This document shows, one piece after another, positions 49,953 to 60,094 of a stretch of DNA of 64,000 nt. This DNA comes from Promethearchaeota archaeon (GTDB lineage Archaea > Asgardarchaeota > Lokiarchaeia > Sigyniarchaeales > SOKP01). Numbering within the stretch: position 1 is the first letter of the stretch; each line of letters starts with the position of its first letter. The stretch is from positions 22,132-86,131 of the forward strand of contig JAEOTR010000084.1 in NCBI GenBank assembly GCA_016839705.1. Reading direction: 5' to 3'. The position numbers and the translations under genes were made by a program. The notes under the pieces are model-generated. The model ran no database searches. It was not told the origin of the DNA and was given only the letters and a program-made list of their open reading frames with translations.

Positions 49953-50462
49953 TTATTTCTTAGGGGAGTCCTTTATAATTTTTTTCCTTGCGTAGTTAAT
50001 TAAACCTTCTGCAGTTATTATTTCCCGTAAAAATGAAGGGATGCTCTTTATTTCATATTCCGAATTTGTAGAAATATTCTTAATCATTCCCTCGGTAAAA
50101 TTAATTTCTAAATCATCATTTGTAGCTATCAATTCTGTATTTTCAAATTCTATTATCGGTAATCCTATGTTAATAGCATTACGAAAAAATATTCTAGCGA
50201 ATGAAGGAGCAATTATGCAAATAATTCCTGCCGCTTTAAGAGCCATTGGTGCTTGTTCCCTACTTGATCCACATCCAAAATTGGTTCCGGTTACTAATAT
50301 GGAATAACTAAATTTTTTTTGATTTTTAATAAAATTTTCGTCAAGATCTTCCATACAATGTTTAGCTAGATGATCAGGGTCAGCTAAAGTCAAATACCTC
50401 GCGGGTATAATTAGATCCGTATTTATATCGTTCATATCATATTTTATAGCTTTTCCAATCAT
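49953..50462 (-). CDS. leuD: 3-isopropylmalate dehydratase small subunit
   Basis: DINTDLIIPARY, NFGCGSSREQA, SFARIFFRN; start moved to ATG 50462 after GAGG. Confidence 0.93.
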   Translation of the reverse strand: MIGKAIKYDMNDINTDLIIPARYLTLADPDHLAKHCMEDLDENFIKNQKKFSYSILVTGTNFGCGSSREQAPMALKAAGIICIIAPSFARIFFRNAINIGLPIIEFENTELIATNDDLEINFTEGMIKNISTNSEYEIKSIPSFLREIITAEGLINYARKKIIKDSPKK

Positions 50463-50472
50463 TTTTCCAACC

Positions 50473-51747
50473 TCACATAAATTTTGGAGACGTGATATAT
50501 CCCTTAATAGCGGAAGCTGCAGCAATTGCTGGGTTTGATAGGTATACTTCACTTCCGGGATGCCCCATTCGACCCGTAAAATTCCTATTAGTTGTGGAGA
50601 TTGCTTTTTCTCCTTCTGATAAGATCCCCATATGACCTCCTAAACAAGGACCACATGTCGGAGTAGAAACAATAGCCCCAGCATCAATAAATATTTCAAT
50701 TAATCCCTCTTTTAAAGCCTGAAGATAAATATGTTGAGTACCCGGGATAACAATGCATCTGACTTTAGGATGAATTTTTTGGCTTTTTAAGATAGTAGCA
50801 GCAATTCTTAAATCTTCCATACGACCATTTGTGCAAGATCCGATTATTGATTGATCAATCTTCACTCTCATATTATCTATTTCTGAAATTGGTTTTGAAT
50901 TTCCGGGTGAGGGTGGTAAAGCTACTTGGGGTTCTATATCCTTACAATCAATTTCTATAACTTCGATATAATCCGCGTTTTTATCACTTTCATAGACTTT
51001 ATAATTGGAATTTACTCGATCTTTCATATAATCTAATGTTATTTTATCCGGTGCTATAATTCCATTTTTAGCTCCCGCTTCTACTACCATATTACATATA
51101 GTTAGCCTGTTATCCATGGATAAGTTTCTAATAACTTCACCGGTGAATTCCATAGCTTGATAAGTGGCACCATCCACCCCGATATCACCTATAGTATATA
51201 AAATTAAATCTTTTCCTGAAACCCATTCATTTAAATTTCCAGAATAGATAAACTTTATTGATTCAGGAATTTTAAACCAACCCTTTCCTAAAGCCATGGC
51301 TACTCCTAAATCCGTAGAACCAACACCAGTAGAAAACGCACCTAGAGCGCCATATGTGCAAGTATGCGAATCAGCACCAATAAATAAATCTCCTGGTTGC
51401 ACTAATCCCTGTTCTGGAATAAGACAATGTTCAATTCCACCACGACCAACCTCGAAATAATTTGGAATCCTGTATTTGTATGCAAAATTTCTAAGTATTT
51501 CACATTGTTTTGCTGAAGCCACATCTTTATTCGGTGTAAAATGATCCGGAGTTAAAATGATACTATTTCTATCAAAGATTTCTTTCTCAGTCCCTTCAAT
51601 TATTTGTTCAAAAACTTCTATTGCTATAGGAGCAGTGATATCGTTTGCTAAACATTTATCAACGTTAGCTAAAATAAAATCTCCCGCACGTACTTTCTTA
51701 TTGTTGCAGTGATCTCTTAAAATTTTTTCTGTAATAGTTAATTCCAT
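50473..51747 (-). CDS. leuC: 3-isopropylmalate dehydratase large subunit
   Basis: [33 protein letters not shown]. Confidence 0.94.
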   Translation of the reverse strand: MELTITEKILRDHCNNKKVRAGDFILANVDKCLANDITAPIAIEVFEQIIEGTEKEIFDRNSIILTPDHFTPNKDVASAKQCEILRNFAYKYRIPNYFEVGRGGIEHCLIPEQGLVQPGDLFIGADSHTCTYGALGAFSTGVGSTDLGVAMALGKGWFKIPESIKFIYSGNLNEWVSGKDLILYTIGDIGVDGATYQAMEFTGEVIRNLSMDNRLTICNMVVEAGAKNGIIAPDKITLDYMKDRVNSNYKVYESDKNADYIEVIEIDCKDIEPQVALPPSPGNSKPISEIDNMRVKIDQSIIGSCTNGRMEDLRIAATILKSQKIHPKVRCIVIPGTQHIYLQALKEGLIEIFIDAGAIVSTPTCGPCLGGHMGILSEGEKAISTTNRNFTGRMGHPGSEVYLSNPAIAAASAIKGYITSPKFM

Positions 51748-51771
51748 AATTATTTATCGTAATAAATTATT

Positions 51772-53391
51772 TCATGTTTGGGATGTTTTTTTCTTAACCA
51801 TAAGGTTTAGTCCTTTCAGTAATGATAAAACTGAACTCATTACAATATCTTCATGAATAGCACTTGCTTTTACAATAAGATTACTATCAGTATCCATAAT
51901 TTCTATAGTTGTATGTCCTAATGCTTCAGTACCACCAGTTATAGCATCAATTTGATAGTTAAGTAGTTTTATCTTGCTCATGGGTTCAAAGCATTTAATC
52001 ATAGCCTTGACACATGCATCCACAGGTCCAACACCTACAGATGATGCTACTTTTACAATACTATTTCCATTATCATCGATCTTTAAGCGCACTGTAGATG
52101 TAGGAGTAACAGAACCAGTCAATACAGTTAATTCTTCGAGTTTTACAAATTGATCTTCCTCTGGCAGTTCTTCAACGACATCTTTTAAAATTGCATAGAA
52201 ATCCTCTTCTGTTACTTCATGACCTTTATCTCCAAAAGCCTTGACATGCCCCATAATATTAGTAAATTGATCATCAGTTGTATGTATCCCCAAATCCTCT
52301 AACTTTGCTTTAAGTGCATGACCTCCAGTATGTTTCCCTAATTTTATAGATTGCTGAATGATATCATCTACACTGTCAGAACGACTAATTCCTATTAATT
52401 CTGGAGTTATGGGCTCGTATGCTCTAGCATGTTGGATCATTGCATGAGCGTGAATACCTGATTCATGGGCAAAAGCATTCTGACCAATCAAAGGCTGCAA
52501 CCGGCCTATAGTCACCTTTCCTCCACAGAGGCTTTCTACTAATTTAGCAGTAGGAAAAATCAATTTTGTATTTATTTGCATTGGTAATTGATACAAAGCA
52601 TAAAGTGACATAGCAGTTTCCTCGAAGGCAGCATTTCCTGCTCTTTCACCCAATCCTAATATTGTTGTTTGAGCCTCTGAAGCACCATTTTCGAAACCCG
52701 CAATTGTATTTGCCACTGCTAACCCAAAATCGTTATGGCAATGTACTGCTATCCGCACATTTTTTGGTAATGACTCATAATTTTTTCTAATAATATAACC
52801 ATACGCAGTTGGAGATATAGTCCCTACCGTATCTGGAATATTTATTCGAGTTGCACCACTTTCTACTGCAACTTGATTAACCTTAACTAGATAATCTAAG
52901 TCAGAACGTGTAGCATCCTCAGCAGAAAATTCAATTTCTTTAAAATGGTCTTTAGCATAAGAAATTAATTCCCCAACATCTGCAATTACTTCTTCTCTTG
53001 TCATTTTTAACTTTTCTCTTAGATGCAAGTCTGAAGTAGCTATAAATACATGAAGCGAATCCATATCTGCTTCTATAACTTTATCGATATCAATTTTTTT
53101 AATTCGGGCTAGCCCAATTATTTCTGAATCTAACCCTAATTTCGAGATTTCCCTACATGCATCAAAATCTCCTTGAGAAATTACTGGAAATCCCGCCTCG
53201 ATTATATCTATACCCAATTCATTTAATGATTGAGCTATGGTTATTTTTTCTTTTAAAGTAAAACTAATGCCGGGTGTTTGTTCGCCGTCTCGAAGGGTTG
53301 TATCAAAAAAATATGCTTTTTTTGGTAATTTTAGTGTCCCTCGAATTTTCCCCATCATATCGGAAACCATAATATCGCTTTTTTCATTCAT
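51772..53391 (-). CDS. leuA: 2-isopropylmalate synthase (LeuA/CimA family)
   Basis: DTTLRDGEQ, HCHNDFG, GERAGN, HESGIH, regulatory GVGPVDA; start moved to ATG 53391. Confidence 0.88.
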   Translation of the reverse strand: MNEKSDIMVSDMMGKIRGTLKLPKKAYFFDTTLRDGEQTPGISFTLKEKITIAQSLNELGIDIIEAGFPVISQGDFDACREISKLGLDSEIIGLARIKKIDIDKVIEADMDSLHVFIATSDLHLREKLKMTREEVIADVGELISYAKDHFKEIEFSAEDATRSDLDYLVKVNQVAVESGATRINIPDTVGTISPTAYGYIIRKNYESLPKNVRIAVHCHNDFGLAVANTIAGFENGASEAQTTILGLGERAGNAAFEETAMSLYALYQLPMQINTKLIFPTAKLVESLCGGKVTIGRLQPLIGQNAFAHESGIHAHAMIQHARAYEPITPELIGISRSDSVDDIIQQSIKLGKHTGGHALKAKLEDLGIHTTDDQFTNIMGHVKAFGDKGHEVTEEDFYAILKDVVEELPEEDQFVKLEELTVLTGSVTPTSTVRLKIDDNGNSIVKVASSVGVGPVDACVKAMIKCFEPMSKIKLLNYQIDAITGGTEALGHTTIEIMDTDSNLIVKASAIHEDIVMSSVLSLLKGLNLMVKKKTSQT

Positions 53392-53430
53392 TTTTTTTCC
53401 TCTTTTAAATTCTATAATTTTTAGCATCCC

Positions 53431-53475
53431 CTTTTTCTTGTGAAAGAAACCATATTTCTCCTTCAAAAGAAAAAG
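53431..53475 (-). promoter_or_regulatory. Long hairpin in the leuA leader containing the SD and AUG of a 10-aa uORF
   Basis: CTTTTTCTT/AAGAAAAAG, TGAA/TTCA and AGAAA/TTTCT stems; uORF 53453..53421 encodes MVSFTRKRGC. Confidence 0.55.
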
Positions 53476-53502
53476 AAGTTTTATAATATTAATAATAAGT
53501 GT

Positions 53503-53618
53503 AATTCTAATGCACTTAAACACAATTCTAATGAATAGTTTCTCTTCAAATAAAGGTTAAAGTGACTAATTCCTTTTCTTTGAAGTTTTCTCATTATAAT
53601 TTATCCCATTAGAATTGT
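53503..53618. repeat. Repeated AATTCTAATG motif (two direct copies and one inverted copy)
   Basis: 53503-12 and 53524-33 direct; 53607-16 inverted; one-mismatch variant at 53592-601. Confidence 0.6.
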
Positions 53619-53828
53619 ATATTATAACATTAAATTGCTTGTTATTTTAAAAATATTACTATTTCCTAAATCTTGAGATTTATTTCATTTAATGCCAATA
53701 TTAGAATAAAAAAATTGGTGTTATGATACTCATTTTTGCTTGTAATTTTAATGTGGGGAAAGTTATGCCTTAATGCTTTTTATATCAACTTAATTCTTTC
53801 TAATTAGACTAAAAAAGGTGTTAAAAAA

Positions 53829-54512
53829 ATGAAAAAATTAACTAAGATTGTAGTTAGCCTTTTTGCTTTATCAATGCTGTTTACACTATTTAGTACTAGT
53901 AGTGTTGTAGCTGCGGGAGAATCTTCTGTGGATGTTCCTGGTGATACGATCCAAACACAAATACAAGCAAATAATCAAGTTGCCTTCACTTTTAGACAAA
54001 GAACACAATTGAGATTTAACTCAAGTGTTGATATCGATATAGATATTAACTGTGACGCCTTAAGGATTGGGATTAAATCATTTGAGATCGAAATTGAGTC
54101 TGATCAAGATATGCAGATGAATATGACTTGTACAGAAGAACAATCTGAATTAGGATTGTTAAAAGGGAATACATATCAAATACGAAATCGAAATCGATAC
54201 CGATACCAAGAAGGATTTTGTCTTCAAATCCAAAGTAATTATTCAACTCAATTTCAGGCTAAATTAAAAATACAAGCAACTAATGAAAATCGTCTTGGCT
54301 CTTGGGCTTTTTATGACGAAACATCTGAAGAATGGATTGCAGTTCCAACCACTATCGAAGATGGATACTTAATTGCAGAAACTGATCACTTCTCATACTG
54401 GACCATCTTATTACTTGCACCCGAAGACAATATCATGCTATTCATCGGACTTGTAAGCATTATTGGCATTGTAGCTATAGTTTCAATCATATATCTTAAG
54501 AAAAGAAAGTAA
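53829..54512 (+). CDS. Secreted, C-terminally anchored surface protein with TDHFS motif
   Basis: Signal peptide, beta-rich ectodomain, W...AETDHFSYWTI, TM helix, KKRK tail. Confidence 0.85.
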   Translation: MKKLTKIVVSLFALSMLFTLFSTSSVVAAGESSVDVPGDTIQTQIQANNQVAFTFRQRTQLRFNSSVDIDIDINCDALRIGIKSFEIEIESDQDMQMNMTCTEEQSELGLLKGNTYQIRNRNRYRYQEGFCLQIQSNYSTQFQAKLKIQATNENRLGSWAFYDETSEEWIAVPTTIEDGYLIAETDHFSYWTILLLAPEDNIMLFIGLVSIIGIVAIVSIIYLKKRK

Positions 54513-54591
54513 CAGCAAGCAAAGAGTTTTTTAAATCAATTTTTTTTTCTTTATTATATATCTATAAATAAAAATAGAATTCTGAGCATAA

Positions 54592-55851
54592 TTGAACTTT
54601 AATAATCGAAGAGCGTGGAAAAACCATAGGATTACCTTTTTTTTGTTATGTATAATTTTTTTTGAATTTAGTATAATCCTATATAGTGTTTTAGCGAGAA
54701 CTGAAAATGTTTCAGGCTTTTGGACAGAAGATACAATAGTTCCAGATGAACATGTTACTTATAACTTTCCCAATGGTATTATTTTGGAGATTTCAACAAA
54801 TACGTTAATAGATCTTTATGTAGAGTATGAGAATAGAATAAATAATCGACATAGTTTATTTCTTATAAATAATAATGATTCAATTTCATTAAATATAACT
54901 ACAAAAGCAAACCTAGGAAACTTTGGTATAACTCAACCTCCAGGAGCACCGAAAAAAGGAACGTTTCAATTACGTTACCAGTATGAAAGTATTTTTAGAG
55001 TGAGATCTAATTCATCAATTGCAAATTTTAGCATTAGATATCGTAAAAATAGCCAATTCGGATTAAAATCTAATGTTAATTATTCTTTAGCGTTATTTGA
55101 AATAAATCAGGAATCTTGGGAGCTTGTTGAAACACAAGAGAAATTCAATATATCTATTTCTGAACCGTATTTAGAGAGCTCTCTCACTGGACTTGAAGGT
55201 GGAACCGATTATTATATTACTCTTTTTGAGTTTAGTCAAGAACCTTATGATTGGACTTGGTTAATTCTCACGATCTTGATAAGTGCTATTAGTATTCTTT
55301 CAATTGCGTTCTTAATTTCAAAAAAAGAATATTTTCAATATTTGAGAAAAAGAACTATTCCAATTGAGAAAGGAGCTCATAGATTATCATTAGATGAAGT
55401 ACTAGAAAATGAAAATAGAAATAAAATAATTGATCTTATCTTGGATGAGCCAGGAATTCATTTCAATGAACTCCTACGAAAAACGGGACTTGCTGCCGGA
55501 AATTTGGTTTGGCATCTTGATATACTACAAACATATAAGATTATCGGAAAAAAACGAGTAGGTAATTTTTTAGCTTATTTTCCTTATTATCAAAAAAATC
55601 CCCTATCTAATGTAGATTTAAAACTTCAAAAAAGTAAACTAACATTAGAGATTTTAGAGATGATTGAAGAGGAACCAGGGATATGGAATAATATAATAAC
55701 CAAAAAATTCAAAGTTGATCATAAAACTATTCATTATCATTTAAACAAGTTAGTTGAACTTGGACTTATTAAATTGAAAAAAGAGGGAAGAAAAAAGAAA
55801 ATCTTCCCGAACTTTGAGTCTGAATATTTTAAACATAAAAACAATAATTAA
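54592..55851 (+). CDS. Membrane-anchored transcription regulator (ectodomain + TM + two wHTH)
   Basis: N-terminal hydrophobic segment, ectodomain, TM, then LENENRNKI...PGIHFNEL...WHL and EEPGI...IHYHLNKL. Confidence 0.85.
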   Translation: MNFNNRRAWKNHRITFFLLCIIFFEFSIILYSVLARTENVSGFWTEDTIVPDEHVTYNFPNGIILEISTNTLIDLYVEYENRINNRHSLFLINNNDSISLNITTKANLGNFGITQPPGAPKKGTFQLRYQYESIFRVRSNSSIANFSIRYRKNSQFGLKSNVNYSLALFEINQESWELVETQEKFNISISEPYLESSLTGLEGGTDYYITLFEFSQEPYDWTWLILTILISAISILSIAFLISKKEYFQYLRKRTIPIEKGAHRLSLDEVLENENRNKIIDLILDEPGIHFNELLRKTGLAAGNLVWHLDILQTYKIIGKKRVGNFLAYFPYYQKNPLSNVDLKLQKSKLTLEILEMIEEEPGIWNNIITKKFKVDHKTIHYHLNKLVELGLIKLKKEGRKKKIFPNFESEYFKHKNNN

Positions 55852-56015
55852 AATAATAAAAGATCTTGTTTAGTTTTTTGAATATTAAACAGGAAATTAA
55901 AGAATTATATTCGCTTTTTAATATATACCATTATTTATAGATTATAAGTTATATAAGAAGCATTTTTAATTATATTAAGATTTAAAAAGATAAAGAATTG
56001 CGCCAATTTGAGTGA

Positions 56016-56525
56016 TTGCACATGATTGATCCAAAAGATTTATTAGATTTTATTAAGGAGAGGAGGAGTATAAGAGATTTTCAACCAAAGCAAATTCCCG
56101 AGAAAGAAATCGAAATGGTTTTAGAGGCAGGGAGATGGGCTCCTAGTGCTTCCAATCGCCAACCTTGGGAATTCATTGTAATTAAAAACAGGGATATATT
56201 AAAAAGAATAGCAAGGGTAACTGGATATGGTTGGTTTATTGGTGAAGCATCCTTCGCAGTAGCTATAGTTGGAAAACCTTATATTAGCCATAATTGGTAT
56301 GTCGTTGACACTTCATTAGTTTCAATGAACATGATGTTAATGGCTTGGTCTTTAGGAATTGGTACTTGTTGGATAGGTTCAATGAATAAAGAAAAGGCAA
56401 AAGAAATCCTTGGTTTAGGACACAATGATTATCTATTAACCGTTTTACCCTTTGGATACATTCGAGGTGCTATCCCGGATCCTACTGATAGAAATCCTCT
56501 AAATAGAATCGTTAAGGAAATTTAA
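56016..56525 (+). CDS. Nitroreductase family protein
   Basis: RRSIR, APSASNRQPW, LGIGTCWIG. Confidence 0.93.
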   Translation: MHMIDPKDLLDFIKERRSIRDFQPKQIPEKEIEMVLEAGRWAPSASNRQPWEFIVIKNRDILKRIARVTGYGWFIGEASFAVAIVGKPYISHNWYVVDTSLVSMNMMLMAWSLGIGTCWIGSMNKEKAKEILGLGHNDYLLTVLPFGYIRGAIPDPTDRNPLNRIVKEI

Positions 56526-57419
56526 TTGTCTTTTGAGTTGATGTTAGACTTAATAAAAACCTTTCAAGGGCATAATAATTATGTAATAGACCTCCTTTTT
56601 TCACCAGATAACACTAAATTAGTTTCTGCTGGGATGGACGCCAAGATTAACTTATGGGACATCAATTCATGGGAACTTCTAAATACTCTAAAAAGTCATA
56701 AAAATAGTGTAAACTCTCTCTCTCTTTCCAGAGATGGTAAAATACTGGCAAGTAGCTCCACAGATAAAAATGTTAAGATTTGGGATTTTCCTGATGGAAA
56801 AATAATAAGAACCTTAACAGGTCACAAGAAAACAGTAAGTACAATACAAATTTCTCCAGATTCAAGTTATGTTGTAAGTGGTTCATACGATGGGAAAGTG
56901 AAATTATGGAAACTAAATTCAGGTGAGGAAATATTATCTCTTAATGCTTTTGAACGGAATGTATCATCAGTAGCATTTTCTCCTGATGGAACAGTGTTAG
57001 CAACTGCAGGACTTAGTGAAAGCTTATATTTATGGGATGTTCCATCCGGAAAGCTAATCAAAGAAATACCTGGTCATGATATGGTTATTTCATCTATTGC
57101 TTTTTCTCCTGATTCTCAATTTATTGTTACCTGTGATTATTCATCACTGAAAATAAGAAATTTTGAAGATTTAGAACAGTTTAGATCAATAGAAATAAAA
57201 AATGGGTATTCACATAGTTTAGCTTTTTCTCCTGACGGTAAAACAATCGCTCTAACATTGGATCATCAAATCCAAATAATTGACATACTAAAAGCGGAAA
57301 TTATTGAAACTGTTAATTTGAAACCAAAAGGTATTTATGGTGTGGCATTTTCACAAGATGGAAAGTTACTTGCTATAGGTTCAGCTGATAAAAATATTAG
57401 GATCTGGTCAATATCTTAA
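56526..57419 (+). CDS. WD40 repeat beta-propeller protein
   Basis: About 7 GH...FSPDG...WD repeats. Confidence 0.93.
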   Translation: MSFELMLDLIKTFQGHNNYVIDLLFSPDNTKLVSAGMDAKINLWDINSWELLNTLKSHKNSVNSLSLSRDGKILASSSTDKNVKIWDFPDGKIIRTLTGHKKTVSTIQISPDSSYVVSGSYDGKVKLWKLNSGEEILSLNAFERNVSSVAFSPDGTVLATAGLSESLYLWDVPSGKLIKEIPGHDMVISSIAFSPDSQFIVTCDYSSLKIRNFEDLEQFRSIEIKNGYSHSLAFSPDGKTIALTLDHQIQIIDILKAEIIETVNLKPKGIYGVAFSQDGKLLAIGSADKNIRIWSIS

Positions 57420-57441
57420 AAAATGAATTTTTTTTGCTACA

Positions 57442-57957
57442 ATGACTGTAAAAATAACAATTTTGGGAGATACTCATATAAAATCCTTTGAAGAGTTACC
57501 TAAGGAAATGTTAGGAGAAATTAAAAAATCAGATTGGGTAATTCATGTTGGAGATTATACTTCTGCTCAAATTGTAAGCGGTTTAATTAAACTAAAAGGT
57601 GAACGGTTTAAGGGTGTTTATGGTAATGCTGATCCTTTAGAAATTAGAAATAAATTAACATCTACAGAATTTATAACTATTCAAGATATTAAAATTGGTA
57701 TTACTCATCCTGCAAGCGGTGGTCCAGAAGAAAATTTAGAAAAAAATCTGTTAACCGATTTTGAACAAGATGATCTTGATATTCTAATCTATGGTCACAC
57801 GCATGAATCAAAGATTCTAAAGAAAAACAATACATTATTAGTTAATCCGGGAAAGGGATATTTAGAAACGAATTTCTTTGGTCCCCCAACCACAATTGCA
57901 CTTCTTAAAATCGATGATGGTAAGGTTCAAGGAACAATAAAAGAAATTAAATCATAA
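57442..57957 (+). CDS. YfcE/MJ0936-family metallophosphoesterase
   Basis: DTH, HVGD, GNAD, GHTH, NPG. Confidence 0.9.
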   Translation: MTVKITILGDTHIKSFEELPKEMLGEIKKSDWVIHVGDYTSAQIVSGLIKLKGERFKGVYGNADPLEIRNKLTSTEFITIQDIKIGITHPASGGPEENLEKNLLTDFEQDDLDILIYGHTHESKILKKNNTLLVNPGKGYLETNFFGPPTTIALLKIDDGKVQGTIKEIKS

Positions 57958-57982
57958 GAGAGACTTTATATTATTCCTGGCT

Positions 57983-59275
57983 TCAAGTATCTTCTAATTT
58001 AATTAATTTGCTCAACACTTCAAGAGCTTTCTCACTCTTGGTCTTATCCAAAGAACATTTAGTTATCTTCCAAAACCGGTATTCTTGATTTAAATAAGCT
58101 CTACATTTTTCCCTTATTTCAGTAGGGCATTCAGTTATCTGCCAACATTGAAAAATAATATTATTGAAGAATTTATGAAATTTATTTGGGAGCTTTTGAT
58201 AATTAAATTCTGTGCTTTTAACATAATGATCTAAATCATTTGAATTGTAAGTATTCCAAAATAAAACTATTTTTGATTTATTCTCTTTCTTTCCGAGAAA
58301 GTCGAACATGGCGGCCATAGCTTTTCCTGTATACGTTGTTTCCAGATGAAATCCTCTTTTTTGTCCCTCTAATCTATATACCGTATCTACAGCATTTTGG
58401 CTTTTTACAGTATTAACTGCATACCCAGAACCTAAATATCCCTTAATAAAATAAAAATCATTTTCTGTTACCTTAATTTTTATAAAATTATGATCCATTT
58501 TCCGTAGGAACTTCAATGCCTTATTAGCATTTCTAGCTGTATTAAAAGAATTTGCTAGAAAATCTTTATATACAGCTACAGGATATACAATTGATTTTAA
58601 TCCTAACAATTTACATCCCGCAATTAATCCCGCTGCTGTTCCTGTTGTACCTCCTGCTATAAATATCGCATCTGGTTCGGGTATAATCCCCTTTACTATC
58701 TGTTCATTTAGCTCAAGTAATGCGTCAATAAATCCTATTGTCCCTAAGGATGTTCCTCGACCAAATAATGGAGACCCCCCTGGAAGTATAAAATAGTACT
58801 TTGGATGAAAAATCTGGAAAAACCATGTTTTAATAAAAGTATTCACGTCAGTTTTACCATAATGAAGCTTTGCTCCAAGATAATCAAATAATAATAGTGA
58901 TCGTTGTACCATCCATGTAAGTGGTTGATTATAGAGAAATAAATTACATCTGAGATTTAATTTCTTACATACAATAGCACATGCTAAACCATGATTAGTA
59001 CCAATACCCCCATAACTTACTACACCCTTTTTCTTCTTTTTAATTACATCTCCAAAGATAAATTCAAACTTCCTAAGTTTATTTCCTCCATATACATCAT
59101 GACTCTTGTCATCTCTTTTGATATAAATCTGTCCCCCCTTAAGGTTAAACATTCTTTCTAAATCAGTTAATCTTTCGATCGGTGTAGGAATATTGGTTAA
59201 AAGAGGGATCCATGGGATCCTCCCTTTTAAATTAGGGTAAATAGTAAAAAGTAATGGTTCTGTGCGTTGCATCAT
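57983..59275 (-). CDS. D-cysteine desulfhydrase/ACC deaminase family PLP enzyme with Cys-rich C-terminal extension
   Basis: IKRDD, GGNKLRK, TNH, LETTYTGKA. Confidence 0.88.
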   Translation of the reverse strand: MMQRTEPLLFTIYPNLKGRIPWIPLLTNIPTPIERLTDLERMFNLKGGQIYIKRDDKSHDVYGGNKLRKFEFIFGDVIKKKKKGVVSYGGIGTNHGLACAIVCKKLNLRCNLFLYNQPLTWMVQRSLLLFDYLGAKLHYGKTDVNTFIKTWFFQIFHPKYYFILPGGSPLFGRGTSLGTIGFIDALLELNEQIVKGIIPEPDAIFIAGGTTGTAAGLIAGCKLLGLKSIVYPVAVYKDFLANSFNTARNANKALKFLRKMDHNFIKIKVTENDFYFIKGYLGSGYAVNTVKSQNAVDTVYRLEGQKRGFHLETTYTGKAMAAMFDFLGKKENKSKIVLFWNTYNSNDLDHYVKSTEFNYQKLPNKFHKFFNNIIFQCWQITECPTEIREKCRAYLNQEYRFWKITKCSLDKTKSEKALEVLSKLIKLEDT

Positions 59276-59289
59276 TTTTCATAAAATTT

Positions 59290-60054
59290 TTATCGTTTAA
59301 CGAATTTTTCGAGTTTTCGTTTAAGTTCTTCAGATTGTCCTGCTAACATCATAACTCTTAATTCCTTTGCTAATACTGACTCAAAATTTTCATCTTGATC
59401 TTCATTTATTAATTTTTTTGCCGATTTTAATACGGAATGTTCTTTCTGTATTAACGAATTCGCTATACGCTTTAAATTTCTCCTTAAACCTTCTCGTTTA
59501 CAAACTTGAGAAACTAACCCTATGTTAAAGGCTTCATCGGCATTAATTTCTGTACCCAAATACATCAAATGCTTAGCACGTCCTTCTCCAATAATCCGAG
59601 GTAATAATTTTGTTGATGCATTTGAAAAGAAAAGTCCAACTCCTAATTCGGGCATCATTATTCGAGTATCCTCAGCGGCAATTCTCAAATCACAACAAAG
59701 AAGTTGTTCAAAACCTCCTCCAATGACCCAACCGTGAATTCCTGCTATAATTATTCCATTGTGAGCCAACATAGCTCTTGTTAAATCTTGAAATGATTCT
59801 AGAAACTCAATAGCCTCTTGTAGTTTCTCAGGTTTTGATATTAAATTAAAACCATATTTTAGATCTGCTCCTACTGTGAAATTTTTCCCTACCGCAGAAT
59901 AAATAACACAAATATCATCATTTTGAGAACTTGTTTCAAATGCTTCTATTAATTTCTTCACTGTTAGAAGATCTAAAGCATTATTTTTATCCGGGTTATT
60001 TAATATTATTTTTCCAATATATCCTTCTTTTTCATATCTAACAATTTCACTCAA
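59290..60054 (-). CDS. Enoyl-CoA hydratase/isomerase
   Basis: FTVGADL, IGGGFE, CDLRIAA, MPE. Confidence 0.92.
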   Translation of the reverse strand: MSEIVRYEKEGYIGKIILNNPDKNNALDLLTVKKLIEAFETSSQNDDICVIYSAVGKNFTVGADLKYGFNLISKPEKLQEAIEFLESFQDLTRAMLAHNGIIIAGIHGWVIGGGFEQLLCCDLRIAAEDTRIMMPELGVGLFFSNASTKLLPRIIGEGRAKHLMYLGTEINADEAFNIGLVSQVCKREGLRRNLKRIANSLIQKEHSVLKSAKKLINEDQDENFESVLAKELRVMMLAGQSEELKRKLEKFVKR

Positions 60055-60094
60055 ATTTAAATCACATTTTTTATAATTACAATTAATGGTTTAT

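Noticed and set aside
30919-53523. Long N-terminal extensions in the track for the aldolase, radical SAM, leuD, leuA and rps27ae ORFs
   Set aside because: They run through AT-rich intergenic DNA or overlap neighbouring genes; downstream starts match the family N-termini, several with SD motifs.
57442-57957. Possible retromer Vps29 ortholog next to a WD40 gene
   Set aside because: It has the full metal-binding motif set of ordinary YfcE/MJ0936 phosphoesterases; nothing specific to Vps29 is visible.
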